Positions 29,786 to 39,834 of a stretch of 61,346 nucleotides of DNA are shown piece after piece. Below the pieces are notes generated by a model. That model saw only the letters and a program-made list of their open reading frames with translations. It was not told where the DNA came from and searched no databases. A program made the position numbers and the translations under genes. Source of the stretch: Ignavibacteria bacterium (lineage in GTDB: Bacteria; Bacteroidota; Ignavibacteria; UBA10030; SZUA-254); the NCBI GenBank assembly GCA_016178625.1, contig JACOSX010000136.1:1-61346 (forward strand). The letters are read 5' to 3'. Position 1 is the stretch's first letter. Each line of letters starts with the position of its first letter.

Positions 29786-30282
29786 TCATGAATCGATCAA
29801 TGTTCCTTTTCTCTTTATACTTTTGCTTTTTGAATTTTGCATTAGCTCAGATTCCTCTTGATCGTGATGGACTCTTACATGCAGAGGGAATGGGTCAGGC
29901 GACGTATGCAGAAATGAACGGTTATCCCGGTCCGAAGCACGTCCTTGATTTCGCAAAGGAGCTTCACATGACCGATGCTCAGAAGAAGTCAGTGCAAGAA
30001 ATCTACAACGAGATGAAAACTCGAGCGACGGAATTAGGAGAGCGCATTATACGAATAGAGGAAGAACTTCAGAACGCTTTTAAAACCGGGATGGTCGCTG
30101 AGAACTCCGTTCGAGATGATGCAGAACAAATCGGGAAATTGCGCGGTCGCCTCCGCTCGGTGCATCTTATCGCGCATCTCAAAACGAAAAAAATCTTAAC
30201 GCTTCCGCAGATAGAGCAATACAAGAAGCTCAGAGCGGTGAGTAGTCGGCAGAAGAGCACAGATAGCGAGCATAAGCACTGA
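29782..30282 (+). CDS. Spy/CpxP-like periplasmic helical protein inserted between the carB halves
   Basis: Signal peptide; GMG...[13 protein letters not shown]; LTxxQ-like motifs (MTDAQ, ILTLPQ); His-containing tail. Confidence 0.75.
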   Translation: MIMNRSMFLFSLYFCFLNFALAQIPLDRDGLLHAEGMGQATYAEMNGYPGPKHVLDFAKELHMTDAQKKSVQEIYNEMKTRATELGERIIRIEEELQNAFKTGMVAENSVRDDAEQIGKLRGRLRSVHLIAHLKTKKILTLPQIEQYKKLRAVSSRQKSTDSEHKH

Positions 30283-30335
30283 CTTAATGAAAAATGCAAA
30301 ATTCAAAAAATTTTCCCTAATCCACCCTTAAATTC

Positions 30336-32129
30336 GTGAAAGCGATTACGCGAGATATACTCCTCAAGGCAAAGCAGTTCGGCTTTTCGGATCGTCAGCT
30401 TGCGCGATTGTGGAAGACAGATGAAGCGTCGATTCGTCGTCTGCGACACGAGCGTGACGTTCTTCCGGTCTTCAAGACTGTCGATACGTGCGCGGCAGAA
30501 TTTGAGGCGAACACGCCATATCATTATTCCACGTACGAGATCGATAGTGAGGTGACGATCACGTCACGCAAGAAAGTGATTATTCTCGGCGGTGGACCAA
30601 ACCGCATCGGACAAGGGATTGAGTTTGATTACTGCTGTGTGCATGGCGTCTTTGCGCTGGAGGAAGAAGGGTACGAAACGATCATGATCAACTGTAACCC
30701 CGAAACTGTTTCCACCGATTATGATCAGACCGACAAGCTTTACTTCGAGCCGTTGACACTCGAACATGTGTTGGACATCTGCGAAATCGAAAAGCCCGAA
30801 GGTGTCATTGTGAGTTTTGGTGGTCAGACCCCCCTCAAACTTGCCAAGTCACTCGAAGCGAACGGCGTGAAGATCCTCGGCACCTCTCCTGATAATATCG
30901 ACGTCGCAGAGGATCGCAAACGCTTCGGCGATTTGTTGAAGAAACTTCATGTTCCTCACCCTAAGGATGGAACGGCGACATCGCTCGACGAAGCGAAAAC
31001 CATTGCGGCGTCCATTGGTTATCCCGTTCTTGTTCGTCCTTCATACGTTCTTGGAGGAAGGGCGATGGAGATTGTCTATAATCCTGAGGCACTTGTTGGA
31101 TACATGAAAGCCGCCGTGAACGTCTCGCCAGATCATCCGATCCTCGTCGATAAGTTTCTTGAAGATGCGAAAGAGTTTGACGTCGATGCGGTCTGCGACG
31201 GAACGGACGTCTTGATCGGTGGTGTGCTGCAGCATATTGAGGAGGCGGGAATTCACTCCGGCGACAGTGCGTGTGTGCTCATGCCGCAAGCTGAAAGCGT
31301 GCAGGTGATCGAGCAGTTAAAAGATTTCACACGAAAGCTTGCCCTTGCACTCGACGTCCGGGGACTTATCAATGTGCAATGTGCGGAGAAGAACGGCATC
31401 GTCTACGTGCTTGAGGTCAATCCTCGCGCGTCTCGTACAGTACCGTTCGTCAGCAAGGCAATGGGGGTTCCGCTTGCGAAGATCGCTGCGAAAGTGATGG
31501 TGGGACGGACGTTGAAAGAACTCGGTGTGCCGCTTGATCAGGCGCCCAAACAGATAGCAGTGAAAGAGCCCGTGTTTCCCTTTGGTAAATTCCCGAAGGC
31601 GAAAGTGTTCCTCGGACCCGAAATGCGCTCGACGGGTGAAGTGATGTCAATCGCCGATACCTTTGGGGAAGCCATCGCCAAGGCATTTATCGGGGCAGGA
31701 GGAAACCTCCCGGTGCGAGGCAGCGTCTTCATCAGCGTGAATAACAATGATAAGAATTATGACTTGATCGAGGTGGCGAAAGGATTTCGCCTGCTTGGAT
31801 TCACGATCGTTGCCACTGGAGGAACGTCAGCGTTTCTCAAAGAACACAACATCGAGAATACGAAAGTGTTCAAGGTGAATGAAGGCACGCCAAGCGTTGT
31901 TGATTTCATTAAAAGAGGAGATATTCATCTTCTCATCAACACACCATTGGGTGAAGTCTCCCGGTTCGACGAGCTAGCGATCGGCAGCGCGGCGCTCGAG
32001 GCGAAGCTTCCCATCATTACCACCATCTCTGCTGCGGCAGCGGCGGTGAAAGGGATTCAATGGATTCGAGATCAAAAGTCTGGAGTCAAAAGTTTGCAAG
32101 AATATCACCTGGAAGTGTCATCTCAATAA
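30336..32129 (+). CDS. carB: Carbamoyl-phosphate synthase large subunit, C-terminal part (rest of the oligomerisation domain, carbamoyl-phosphate domain and MGS domain)
   Basis: AKQFGFSD, VDTCAAEF, GPNRIGQGIEFDY, HSGDSAC, EVNPRASRTVP, GPEMRSTGE and ATGGT; GTG start, with an in-frame TAA upstream at 30318. Confidence 0.93.
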   Translation: MKAITRDILLKAKQFGFSDRQLARLWKTDEASIRRLRHERDVLPVFKTVDTCAAEFEANTPYHYSTYEIDSEVTITSRKKVIILGGGPNRIGQGIEFDYCCVHGVFALEEEGYETIMINCNPETVSTDYDQTDKLYFEPLTLEHVLDICEIEKPEGVIVSFGGQTPLKLAKSLEANGVKILGTSPDNIDVAEDRKRFGDLLKKLHVPHPKDGTATSLDEAKTIAASIGYPVLVRPSYVLGGRAMEIVYNPEALVGYMKAAVNVSPDHPILVDKFLEDAKEFDVDAVCDGTDVLIGGVLQHIEEAGIHSGDSACVLMPQAESVQVIEQLKDFTRKLALALDVRGLINVQCAEKNGIVYVLEVNPRASRTVPFVSKAMGVPLAKIAAKVMVGRTLKELGVPLDQAPKQIAVKEPVFPFGKFPKAKVFLGPEMRSTGEVMSIADTFGEAIAKAFIGAGGNLPVRGSVFISVNNNDKNYDLIEVAKGFRLLGFTIVATGGTSAFLKEHNIENTKVFKVNEGTPSVVDFIKRGDIHLLINTPLGEVSRFDELAIGSAALEAKLPIITTISAAAAAVKGIQWIRDQKSGVKSLQEYHLEVSSQ

Positions 32130-32155
32130 TAATACATCAAAGGAGAATCCATTTC

Positions 32156-32716
32156 ATGAAACGAATTGCAATGGTTATACTGATTATAAGTTGCGTCGCC
32201 GTTAGAAATGGTATTGCGCAAGTTCCGGGGGTCGGACTGCCTGTCACGCTCGATCTTGGCGTCGGAGGCGGTGTATCCCTCCCGATAGGGACATTAAGCG
32301 ATAATGTTAATACCGGCTGGCATGCCGGGGCAACAGCAAGGATTTCGGGATTAATTCCGATCAATATTGTCGGTTCCGCATACTATAACCGCTTGCCGTT
32401 TAAAGTCGGCAGTGATGCAAGCACGGCATGGATGATTGGGGCAGGTATCGAGTATCCTATTCCGGGTATCATCGTTAAACCGTACCTCGGTCTTGACGGG
32501 TTAGTTAATGTTATTTCAAGTACGGCTTCCGGTGCCCAATCGATAACCCGCGAAGGGCTGGGGATCGGCGGCGGTCTCCAATTTTCTGTTCCGGCATTCG
32601 GAAGCTTCGATGCATCGGTGAAATATCAGATCTTCAACATGCTTGGGAAGGAATCGAACGAGGAGACACTCTCGCAGGTAACGGCAAGCGTGGCTGTGAT
32701 GTTCAGCGTGTTGTAA
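32156..32716 (+). CDS. Outer-membrane beta-barrel domain protein
   Basis: AAGGAG SD; signal peptide; Gly/aromatic alternating strands (KPYLGL, GLGIGGGLQF). Confidence 0.7.
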   Translation: MKRIAMVILIISCVAVRNGIAQVPGVGLPVTLDLGVGGGVSLPIGTLSDNVNTGWHAGATARISGLIPINIVGSAYYNRLPFKVGSDASTAWMIGAGIEYPIPGIIVKPYLGLDGLVNVISSTASGAQSITREGLGIGGGLQFSVPAFGSFDASVKYQIFNMLGKESNEETLSQVTASVAVMFSVL

Positions 32717-32725
32717 ACTCCTTCG

Positions 32726-32774
32726 GTAGGTGCGACGCACTAAGCTCGGCTGAGTCAGGCTAAGTGCGTCGCAC
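32726..32774. repeat. Palindromic repeat (GCGACGCAC family), copy 2; may act as a terminator
   Basis: GTAGGTGCGACGCACT...AGTGCGTCGCAC followed by a T-rich stretch. Confidence 0.7.
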
Positions 32775-32900
32775 TTGCTGACTTTTCTTTGTCGTTCCGT
32801 ATTGACAACTCTGCTCAGGCATGAGAGTCAGACTTCTTGGAAAATCCCCCAAAGTTCTTAAATTGTAGTATTCCAGTCTGCAATCTATTTCGAATTCATC

Positions 32901-35762
32901 GTGAGTAAGGTTAACACCAGGAAGCCACGAGCAACCTCGCAAGTTTCTGTTGGACAGAGTGTTGAGCCTACCAACGGTAACCGCAAGTCCAACATTATTA
33001 TCCGCGGTGCTCGCGTCCACAACCTCAAGAACATTTCACTTGAGCTTCCAAGAAATAAACTGATCGTCTTCACGGGTGTCAGCGGTTCCGGGAAATCCAG
33101 TCTTGCGTTCGACACGATCTACGCTGAGGGGCAACGGCGGTTTGTCGAAAGCCTCTCAGCGTATGCACGTCAGTTCCTCGAACGCATGGACAAACCTGAC
33201 GTCGATTTCATCCAGGGAATCAGTCCGGCGATTGCCATTGAACAGAAAACCACCGCGCGCAACCCTCGTTCGACGGTCGGAACCACAACCGAGATCTACG
33301 ATTATCTCCGCCTCTTGTTCGGTCGCATCGGCAAAACGTACTGCAGCAAGTGCGGTCGGTTAGTGCAACGCGATTCGGTAAAGACGGTCTTGGAGAAACT
33401 CAAGGAGGAATGCAAAGGCAGCGGAGAAACAAAATTGTATGTCCTCTTTCCGCTACGTGAGCATAAAGATGCGACCCTCCAGCAAGAGTTGGTGAACCTG
33501 CGGAAGCAGGGATTTTTCCGAGTTCTATACAAGGGTGAAATCATCGATCTCACCGAGCGTTCTCTTCCATCGAAAGTGCAGAAAAGGGATGTGCGTATCC
33601 TTGTTGATCGACTTGTTTTCCGACCGACCGACGGCGATACGAGACTCGTTGATTCTATTGAGACTGCCTTCTCATCCGGAGATGGTTATGCCATCATCAA
33701 ACTCTTGGAGAGTGGAACCGAGATCCGCTTCAATCAACATTTCGAATGCTCTGCGTGCGGCATTCGATATGAAGAACCTGACCCGCGCCTATTCTCATTC
33801 AACAATCCGTTTGGCGCATGCCCAAAGTGTCAGGGGTTCGGGCGAGCAGTCGGTGTTGATATGGATCTCGTCGTCCCTGATAAAGAGAAGTCCATCCGCG
33901 ATGGGGCAATCCAGGTGTGGACAACACCGAAGTGGCATGACTGGCTGCGAAGCCTCTTGCGAGTCGCGTACGATGCAAAGCTCCGCGTTGATGTACCGTT
34001 CAAGGATTTAACGGGCAGTGAGGTGGATGTCGTCATGAACGGCGTTGATGGATATGAGGGAATCCATGGATTCTTCAGGATGGCAGAACGCAAGACGTAT
34101 AAGATTTACTATCGGATTTTGCTCAGCCGATACCGAGGATACACAACATGCGATGTTTGTGGTGGTGCGCGACTGAGGCCTGCTGCGCTGAACATCCGTA
34201 TCGCCGATAAGACAATCTTTGATATTGTGCAGATGACAATTGACAATGCACATGCCTTCTTCAAAACGCTCGAGCTATCTGATTTCGACAAAGAGATCAG
34301 CAAGAGAATCATGGAGGAGCTCAAGCGCCGACTGGGGTATCTCGTTGACGTCGGCATTGGGTATCTCACTCTCGATCGCTTATCGAACACACTTTCCGGT
34401 GGGGAATCGCAGCGAATCAATCTCGCAACGGCATTAGGCTCATCGCTTGTCGGTTCGCTGTACGTTCTTGATGAACCCAGCATCGGGCTTCATCCGCGAG
34501 ATAATTCCAAGTTAATTTCTATTCTCAAGTCATTACGAGATGTCGGTAACACGGTGATCGTTGTAGAACATGATGCGGAGATGATACAGGCAGCTGACGT
34601 TATTGTCGATCTTGGCCCGCGAGCGGGAGAAGGTGGAGGAGAAATCGTACTCCAAGGTGGCATAGCCACGTTAATGAAAGAAACGTCTTCTCTTACAGGG
34701 CAATATCTGAGCGGGGCGAAATCAATCCCTGTCCCGTCAAAGCGCAGGAAGGGATCCGGAAAGACCCTTGTTATTCGAGGCGCGTCGGAACATAATTTGA
34801 AATCGATCGATGTTGAAATCCCGTTGAACATGGTTGTGGTGATTACCGGCGTAAGTGGATCTGGGAAGAGCACATTGGTGCATGAAATTCTCTATGCCGG
34901 TCTTAAGCGAATGAAGTCGACGTACACCGAAACGATTGGAGCGCACAAAGAAATCGTCGGTGCCGGGTCCATCGATGACGTCGAGCTCGTCGATCAGTCA
35001 CCCATCGGTCGTACGCCGCGATCGAATCCCATCACGTACATCAAGGTATTTGATCTGATCCGAGATGTGTTCGCGGCAACGCAAGCATCGAAACTCCGCG
35101 GCTATACACCCGGATATTTTTCCTTTAACGTTCCGGGTGGACGTTGTGAAACGTGCGAGGGGAGCGGCATTCAAACCATCGAGATGCAATTCCTCGCCGA
35201 CCTTGAGCTCACGTGCGAAATGTGTAAAGGGAAACGTTTTAAGAAAGAGGTGCTCGATGTTCGTTACCGCGAAAAGAACATCGACGAGATTCTCAACATG
35301 ACCGTGACGGAAGCGATCCGCTTTTTCAGCGCGCATGCAACGGGACGGCGTATCGCCAGGCGGTTGCAGGTGTTGGACGATGTCGGGATGGGATACATCC
35401 GTCTCGGCCAGTCAGCGACGACGCTCTCCGGTGGAGAAGCCCAGCGCGTGAAACTTGCATCCCACCTTGCCAATCACGAAGAAGGAAAACACACGCTCTT
35501 TATCTTCGATGAGCCAACAACGGGATTGCATTTCGATGATGTCGCAAAATTGTTTAAGTGTTTTGATGCATTGATCGACAACGGTAATTCGGTGTTGATT
35601 ATCGAACATAATATGGATGTGGTCAAGTGCGCGGATTGGATCATTGATCTCGGCCCGGAAGCTGGCGACGGAGGAGGGAAAATTGTTGTGACTGGGAGGC
35701 CATCGGATATTGCCAACTGCACGAAATCGTATACAGGTGAGTCTCTCAGAAAGTATCTCTGA
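32901..35762 (+). CDS. uvrA: Excinuclease ABC subunit A
   Basis: Two ABC cassettes ([18 protein letters not shown]; [17 protein letters not shown]); Zn fingers; [11 protein letters not shown]. Confidence 0.98.
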   Translation: MSKVNTRKPRATSQVSVGQSVEPTNGNRKSNIIIRGARVHNLKNISLELPRNKLIVFTGVSGSGKSSLAFDTIYAEGQRRFVESLSAYARQFLERMDKPDVDFIQGISPAIAIEQKTTARNPRSTVGTTTEIYDYLRLLFGRIGKTYCSKCGRLVQRDSVKTVLEKLKEECKGSGETKLYVLFPLREHKDATLQQELVNLRKQGFFRVLYKGEIIDLTERSLPSKVQKRDVRILVDRLVFRPTDGDTRLVDSIETAFSSGDGYAIIKLLESGTEIRFNQHFECSACGIRYEEPDPRLFSFNNPFGACPKCQGFGRAVGVDMDLVVPDKEKSIRDGAIQVWTTPKWHDWLRSLLRVAYDAKLRVDVPFKDLTGSEVDVVMNGVDGYEGIHGFFRMAERKTYKIYYRILLSRYRGYTTCDVCGGARLRPAALNIRIADKTIFDIVQMTIDNAHAFFKTLELSDFDKEISKRIMEELKRRLGYLVDVGIGYLTLDRLSNTLSGGESQRINLATALGSSLVGSLYVLDEPSIGLHPRDNSKLISILKSLRDVGNTVIVVEHDAEMIQAADVIVDLGPRAGEGGGEIVLQGGIATLMKETSSLTGQYLSGAKSIPVPSKRRKGSGKTLVIRGASEHNLKSIDVEIPLNMVVVITGVSGSGKSTLVHEILYAGLKRMKSTYTETIGAHKEIVGAGSIDDVELVDQSPIGRTPRSNPITYIKVFDLIRDVFAATQASKLRGYTPGYFSFNVPGGRCETCEGSGIQTIEMQFLADLELTCEMCKGKRFKKEVLDVRYREKNIDEILNMTVTEAIRFFSAHATGRRIARRLQVLDDVGMGYIRLGQSATTLSGGEAQRVKLASHLANHEEGKHTLFIFDEPTTGLHFDDVAKLFKCFDALIDNGNSVLIIEHNMDVVKCADWIIDLGPEAGDGGGKIVVTGRPSDIANCTKSYTGESLRKYL

Positions 35763-35774
35763 GGGGGGCGTTTG

Positions 35775-36476
35775 CTACCACGCACTCCCGAAATTCAGCG
35801 TGATATAGAATCCACCGAACTGTTTTTTCGGCGGTACATTCTCCAGACTCTCGAGCCCCCCGGGAAAAGGAATGAAATAATACCGAATGTTCATTCCAAG
35901 CAAGCTCGATCGCTCCGAACCAAAATAAGCCCCCAGGCCGATGTAACCGCCGACGGTATATTTTGGACGTCCTTTCCCCAGAGCACTAAAGTATTCCTCT
36001 TGATATGGGAAGACAAAGATCATCGTCGGACCAACGGCGGCGTTCACATACGGTCTGAAGTTGTCGACGATCTCATCGCTGAACAATCGCTGCTGAACTC
36101 CGACGTATAGCGGCAGCACCAAGAATCGGTTTATCTTCCCCGGAGTAAACGTGTTCCCAAAATAGTCGATGAATTCCTTTTCATCATCATCTTTTGCTTC
36201 TGAGATCGAGAAGTCCAAATATCCTGAAAGGTTTTCCGTGTATTCATGCCGGTAGAATGTTCCCATGCCGAAGCCGTTTGTGGAGACGAGGAGATCTATT
36301 CCCCAAGAGTTTCTTGGGATTGTTGTTTGGGTTTGCATCATTGGTTGTTTCAAGGTACCGAACACGATGGTGCTATCGGCTTTGGGGGGAACTGACTGTT
36401 GAACAGGAACTTGCGCTACCGCCGCGAAGACCAACAAAAGTGAAGCCATCAGTATCAACGCTAATCTCACACTCAT
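35775..36476 (-). CDS. Outer-membrane beta-barrel-like hypothetical protein
   Basis: Signal peptide starting at MSVRL (GAGG SD); aromatic beta strands; C-terminal aromatic residue. Confidence 0.65.
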   Translation of the reverse strand: MSVRLALILMASLLLVFAAVAQVPVQQSVPPKADSTIVFGTLKQPMMQTQTTIPRNSWGIDLLVSTNGFGMGTFYRHEYTENLSGYLDFSISEAKDDDEKEFIDYFGNTFTPGKINRFLVLPLYVGVQQRLFSDEIVDNFRPYVNAAVGPTMIFVFPYQEEYFSALGKGRPKYTVGGYIGLGAYFGSERSSLLGMNIRYYFIPFPGGLESLENVPPKKQFGGFYITLNFGSAW

Positions 36477-36569
36477 ACCTCTCAATAAAAGACTCATATC
36501 AGGCGCTGTTTCTACTTGCAATATACGTCCGAGAAGTTCGAAAGTCAACCACACTCGGGAAAATTTTAC

Positions 36570-37739
36570 TCAATCTACCTTAAATATAGCAAATTTCAGG
36601 TAACGTGTTTCAGGCATTGCCGGAAGAATGGGATGATCGGGCGCTGCGCTGCGCCATTCCAGCAGACTGATATTGCGGTTCGCCGCGCGGGCGCATTGGC
36701 TGACGATCTCCAGAAACGTCTCTTCGTAGATGTGATGCGAGCAGGAGGCAGTTGCAATAATGCCGCTTGGTGCAAGAAGTTGGAAGGCAAGCTGATGAAT
36801 CTCTTTGTATCCTCGTTTTGCTCGGACCAGCGCTTTCTTGCTCTTTGCGAACGACGGCGGATCGAGGATGATGAGATCGAATTTCTCAGAGGCAGTCGAA
36901 GCTTCTTTGAGATACTCAAATCCATCGCGGGCGATGAAGTGAGTCGTCTGGCTCAAACTATTCATTACGGCGTTGCTCGAAGCACGTTGGATGGCTGATT
37001 CTGAGATATCAACGGCAATCACTTCCGTAGCTTCTGCGAAGGCGGCATTGAGCGCAAACCCGCCATCGTTACAGAAACAATCGAGAACGCGCGCGCCCTT
37101 TGCATACCGGCGAATGCTCTTGCGGTTTTCCCGCTGATCGAGAAAAAAGCCTGTCTTCTGTCCTTCCATCAGGTCAAGCGAATACTTGATGCCGTATTCT
37201 GTTATTGTCACTGGCTCCATCGTGCCTCTCAAGATTCCTTTCTTCAGTTCCAGCCCTTCAAGCGAGCGGATCGGCGCTTCGTTTCGCTCGATGATCCCTT
37301 TCGGATGGAGAATTGATTCCAGGACATCGCAGATAAGCGTCAATCGTTTGTCCATTCCATAGGAAAAGGTTTGGATGGAGAGATAGTCGTTGTATTTATC
37401 AACGATCAAGCCGGGAAGAAAATCGCTCTCCCCATGAACGAGGCGGCACGTCTCAGAAGAGGGAAAGAGTTTTTGTCTGAGTGTGAGCGCCGCGTCGATC
37501 CGTTTTCGGAAAAAGTGGAAATCGATCGTTTCGACCTGCCGTGTCAGAAGCCTGCAGGAGATGAGCGAGTGTGGATTGTAGAACGCGATGCCAAGAAGCC
37601 GTCCGGCATGATTGTGCAGTTCAACGATGTCACCTGCCTGTGGCTCATCCTCGATTTTTTCGATCTCGTTGCTGAACGCCCACAGGTGACCGTTGGCGAT
37701 ACGTCGGTCTTCGTTCTTCTTGAGGGTGATTGTTTTCAA
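36570..37739 (-). CDS. rlmI: RlmI-like class I SAM-dependent rRNA methyltransferase with PUA domain
   Basis: GHLWAFSNEI, GESDFLPGLIVD, GQKTGFFLDQRENR, LDPPSF, SCSHH and PETRYLK motifs. Confidence 0.9.
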   Translation of the reverse strand: MKTITLKKNEDRRIANGHLWAFSNEIEKIEDEPQAGDIVELHNHAGRLLGIAFYNPHSLISCRLLTRQVETIDFHFFRKRIDAALTLRQKLFPSSETCRLVHGESDFLPGLIVDKYNDYLSIQTFSYGMDKRLTLICDVLESILHPKGIIERNEAPIRSLEGLELKKGILRGTMEPVTITEYGIKYSLDLMEGQKTGFFLDQRENRKSIRRYAKGARVLDCFCNDGGFALNAAFAEATEVIAVDISESAIQRASSNAVMNSLSQTTHFIARDGFEYLKEASTASEKFDLIILDPPSFAKSKKALVRAKRGYKEIHQLAFQLLAPSGIIATASCSHHIYEETFLEIVSQCARAANRNISLLEWRSAAPDHPILPAMPETRYLKFAIFKVD

Positions 37740-37883
37740 GACTGCACATCAATAGGGTGAATAATGTTTTAATTCTCCTCAGTATACAATAAAATAGATC
37801 TGAACCAAAATACTTTTATATTGAAAATCGTGGGATACCAGTCAGACTAGAGGTGTGTCTTACGAGTTGAAATTCAATGCAGG

Positions 37884-38432
37884 TTAGTGTGTTCCTATTG
37901 CTGCTTCTTGGTGAATTGTTTGAACCTCAAATAGATGTGGATAGCGGGCAGAGATAATAGTTCGATACAGTCCACGAGTGTAATGAGCATGATCAGGGTT
38001 GGAAGTGAGAATGTTATTCAAGACGAGGTGAGGATGATATTCCCAATCGACGGTATAGCATGCACTGTCACCGAGCTTTACTTTGATTAATGCGCGCTCG
38101 AATTGTGCTGTTGCAGCAATCAGGGTATTTTGATGACAGCTTAATTCATCAAGAAATGCAATTCCAAGGGTTTCAATGAATGGGGAAATCGCATGATTAT
38201 TGAAATATTCTTTCACAATTTCATCAAAGAGATGTTGTTGTTTGAGCAGCGATGAAGTGAGAGGGCAGTATTGTTCGATACCTAACATTCTCCACCACAC
38301 GGCGATTTCCTTCACGAGTCCCAAGTGAATAGACTGTGCTATTGATCGGATATAGGCATCATCCTCCGCCGTAACTTCATAACGGGATTTTAATAAATGA
38401 AGTAATTTCTTTTGAAGAGCTGCGAGGACCAA
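37884..38432 (-). CDS. Putative MNIO partner protein (DUF2063/RRE-like by position)
   Basis: TTG start 3 nt after the MNIO stop; helical protein with CPLTSSLL and AQFERAL segments reminiscent of MNIO partner proteins; family assignment is inference. Confidence 0.65.
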   Translation of the reverse strand: MVLAALQKKLLHLLKSRYEVTAEDDAYIRSIAQSIHLGLVKEIAVWWRMLGIEQYCPLTSSLLKQQHLFDEIVKEYFNNHAISPFIETLGIAFLDELSCHQNTLIAATAQFERALIKVKLGDSACYTVDWEYHPHLVLNNILTSNPDHAHYTRGLYRTIISARYPHLFEVQTIHQEAAIGTH

Positions 38433-38435
38433 TTG

Positions 38436-39332
38436 TTATTCTCCGAACGCTGTGTTGAGGTTTTTCAGCTCGCTGATGATAGTTTCATAACCGAGTGAAG
38501 GGATCGCCTCTCGAAGAAATTCGAATGTGACCACATCGATCGTTCCTTCAGCTCGATCCACGACATGCTGTGCAAGAGTGAGTGTCGACTGTTCGAGTTG
38601 TCGTGAATGAATATCAACTTTCATACCGCGATATTCGGTGCCGCCGGCTACATGCACTTCTCGAACTGCCTTGAGATGAAGTTCAGCGAGAAACTCCTTA
38701 ATGTCAAAATGATGATTGTGAGCGTCGCATTCCATATTATAAACATCGAGTATCAAACCACAGCCGGTTCTCTCAGTAAGAGCATTTAAAAATTGAGCGT
38801 CGGTATAATCGCTCTCATCATCAGGGAGGAGATGAACAACGTTCTCAAGAAGGAATGGGATTTTATATCGTTCATGAATTTGGAAGACCCTTTCACAGAT
38901 CATGTCGAGAGCTTCATTGGTTTTTGGCAATGTAAGCATAGTACCGAGTGACTCACCGTCGACCATCGTGTAACCAAGATGTTCGCTGTGCCAGGGAACG
39001 TCGATTTGTTCCAAAAAATCGTCGAGGAGGCGGAGATAGTTCTCAGAATACCCATCATATGAGCCGATCGATAGCCCAATACCGTGAACGATGATGTTAA
39101 CAGCATGTTGGGCGTTTTTTAACTCTGCCATGATTTCTTTGTTGAGCGTTATTGTATCACCATTGGTTTCTGCAATACTGTCTGGGGTTACTTCAATATA
39201 CTCAACATGAGGAAGCATCCGCTCAAGCAAGAAAGGGTCGTGTCCCTCGTAGGTTGCACCTATTGCTGGGCGGATGCTTCGACGTCTCGATGGTAGTTGA
39301 GAGGCTACCGTGCCGAGCGATGCGTTGTTCAT
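38436..39332 (-). CDS. DUF692-family multinuclear non-heme iron-dependent oxidative enzyme (MNIO)
   Basis: Iron-ligand motifs in the expected order: HGIGLSIG, SEHLG, LLENV, GLILDVYN, EVHVAGG, DIHS, TFE; 298 aa. Confidence 0.92.
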   Translation of the reverse strand: MNNASLGTVASQLPSRRRSIRPAIGATYEGHDPFLLERMLPHVEYIEVTPDSIAETNGDTITLNKEIMAELKNAQHAVNIIVHGIGLSIGSYDGYSENYLRLLDDFLEQIDVPWHSEHLGYTMVDGESLGTMLTLPKTNEALDMICERVFQIHERYKIPFLLENVVHLLPDDESDYTDAQFLNALTERTGCGLILDVYNMECDAHNHHFDIKEFLAELHLKAVREVHVAGGTEYRGMKVDIHSRQLEQSTLTLAQHVVDRAEGTIDVVTFEFLREAIPSLGYETIISELKNLNTAFGE

Positions 39333-39342
39333 AACGGCAGAG

Positions 39343-39624
39343 TTAGAACTCGCGCTGGACGCTGATGTCTCTTACTTCCCGGATATCCTGGAATTTTTCG
39401 GCTAACATTTTATCCTGAACCCTTATCCGGAAATCAAGTCCCGCGAGGCCGCATGATGGGCAGCCGTGGAGTTTGAACACCCTGTCAAGACTGGCGTGGA
39501 GACCTTTAGGTGTGATTCGTTCATCTACAACCAGTTGTATTGTGCCGGGACGAAGCGCTCCTACTCCTGTAAGAGGGGAAGCTATCTCGCTTCCAAGATT
39601 CATAGCGGTTGGTTTAATTGGCAT
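39343..39624 (-). CDS. Putative MNIO substrate/RiPP precursor (93 aa, internal GCPSCG)
   Basis: GGAGG SD upstream of ATG; first gene of the operon, ending 10 nt before the MNIO start; its only two Cys form HGCPSCGLAG (C55, C58). Confidence 0.75.
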   Translation of the reverse strand: MPIKPTAMNLGSEIASPLTGVGALRPGTIQLVVDERITPKGLHASLDRVFKLHGCPSCGLAGLDFRIRVQDKMLAEKFQDIREVRDISVQREF

Positions 39625-39834
39625 ACATCCTCCGATAGAAATGTGAATGGAATATGTTAGTTAGATGACGCAAGATTTGAAATTGTCCGAAGAAAAGAAA
39701 TGGGGAGGCGAAGAACCGTCGATCAACCTTACAAGGGGTGACCTGAAGAATTTGACTTCGCTCATCGTTAAGAACGTTGGGGCTAGAAGGTCCCATGGCT
39801 TACTCCCGATATCATGGTATGAAACTATAAGGAG

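Noticed and set aside
36570-37739. Methyltransferase as a tailoring enzyme of the MNIO cluster
   Set aside because: It is a typical RlmI-like rRNA methyltransferase with a PUA domain, separated from the cluster by a ~145-nt AT-rich gap
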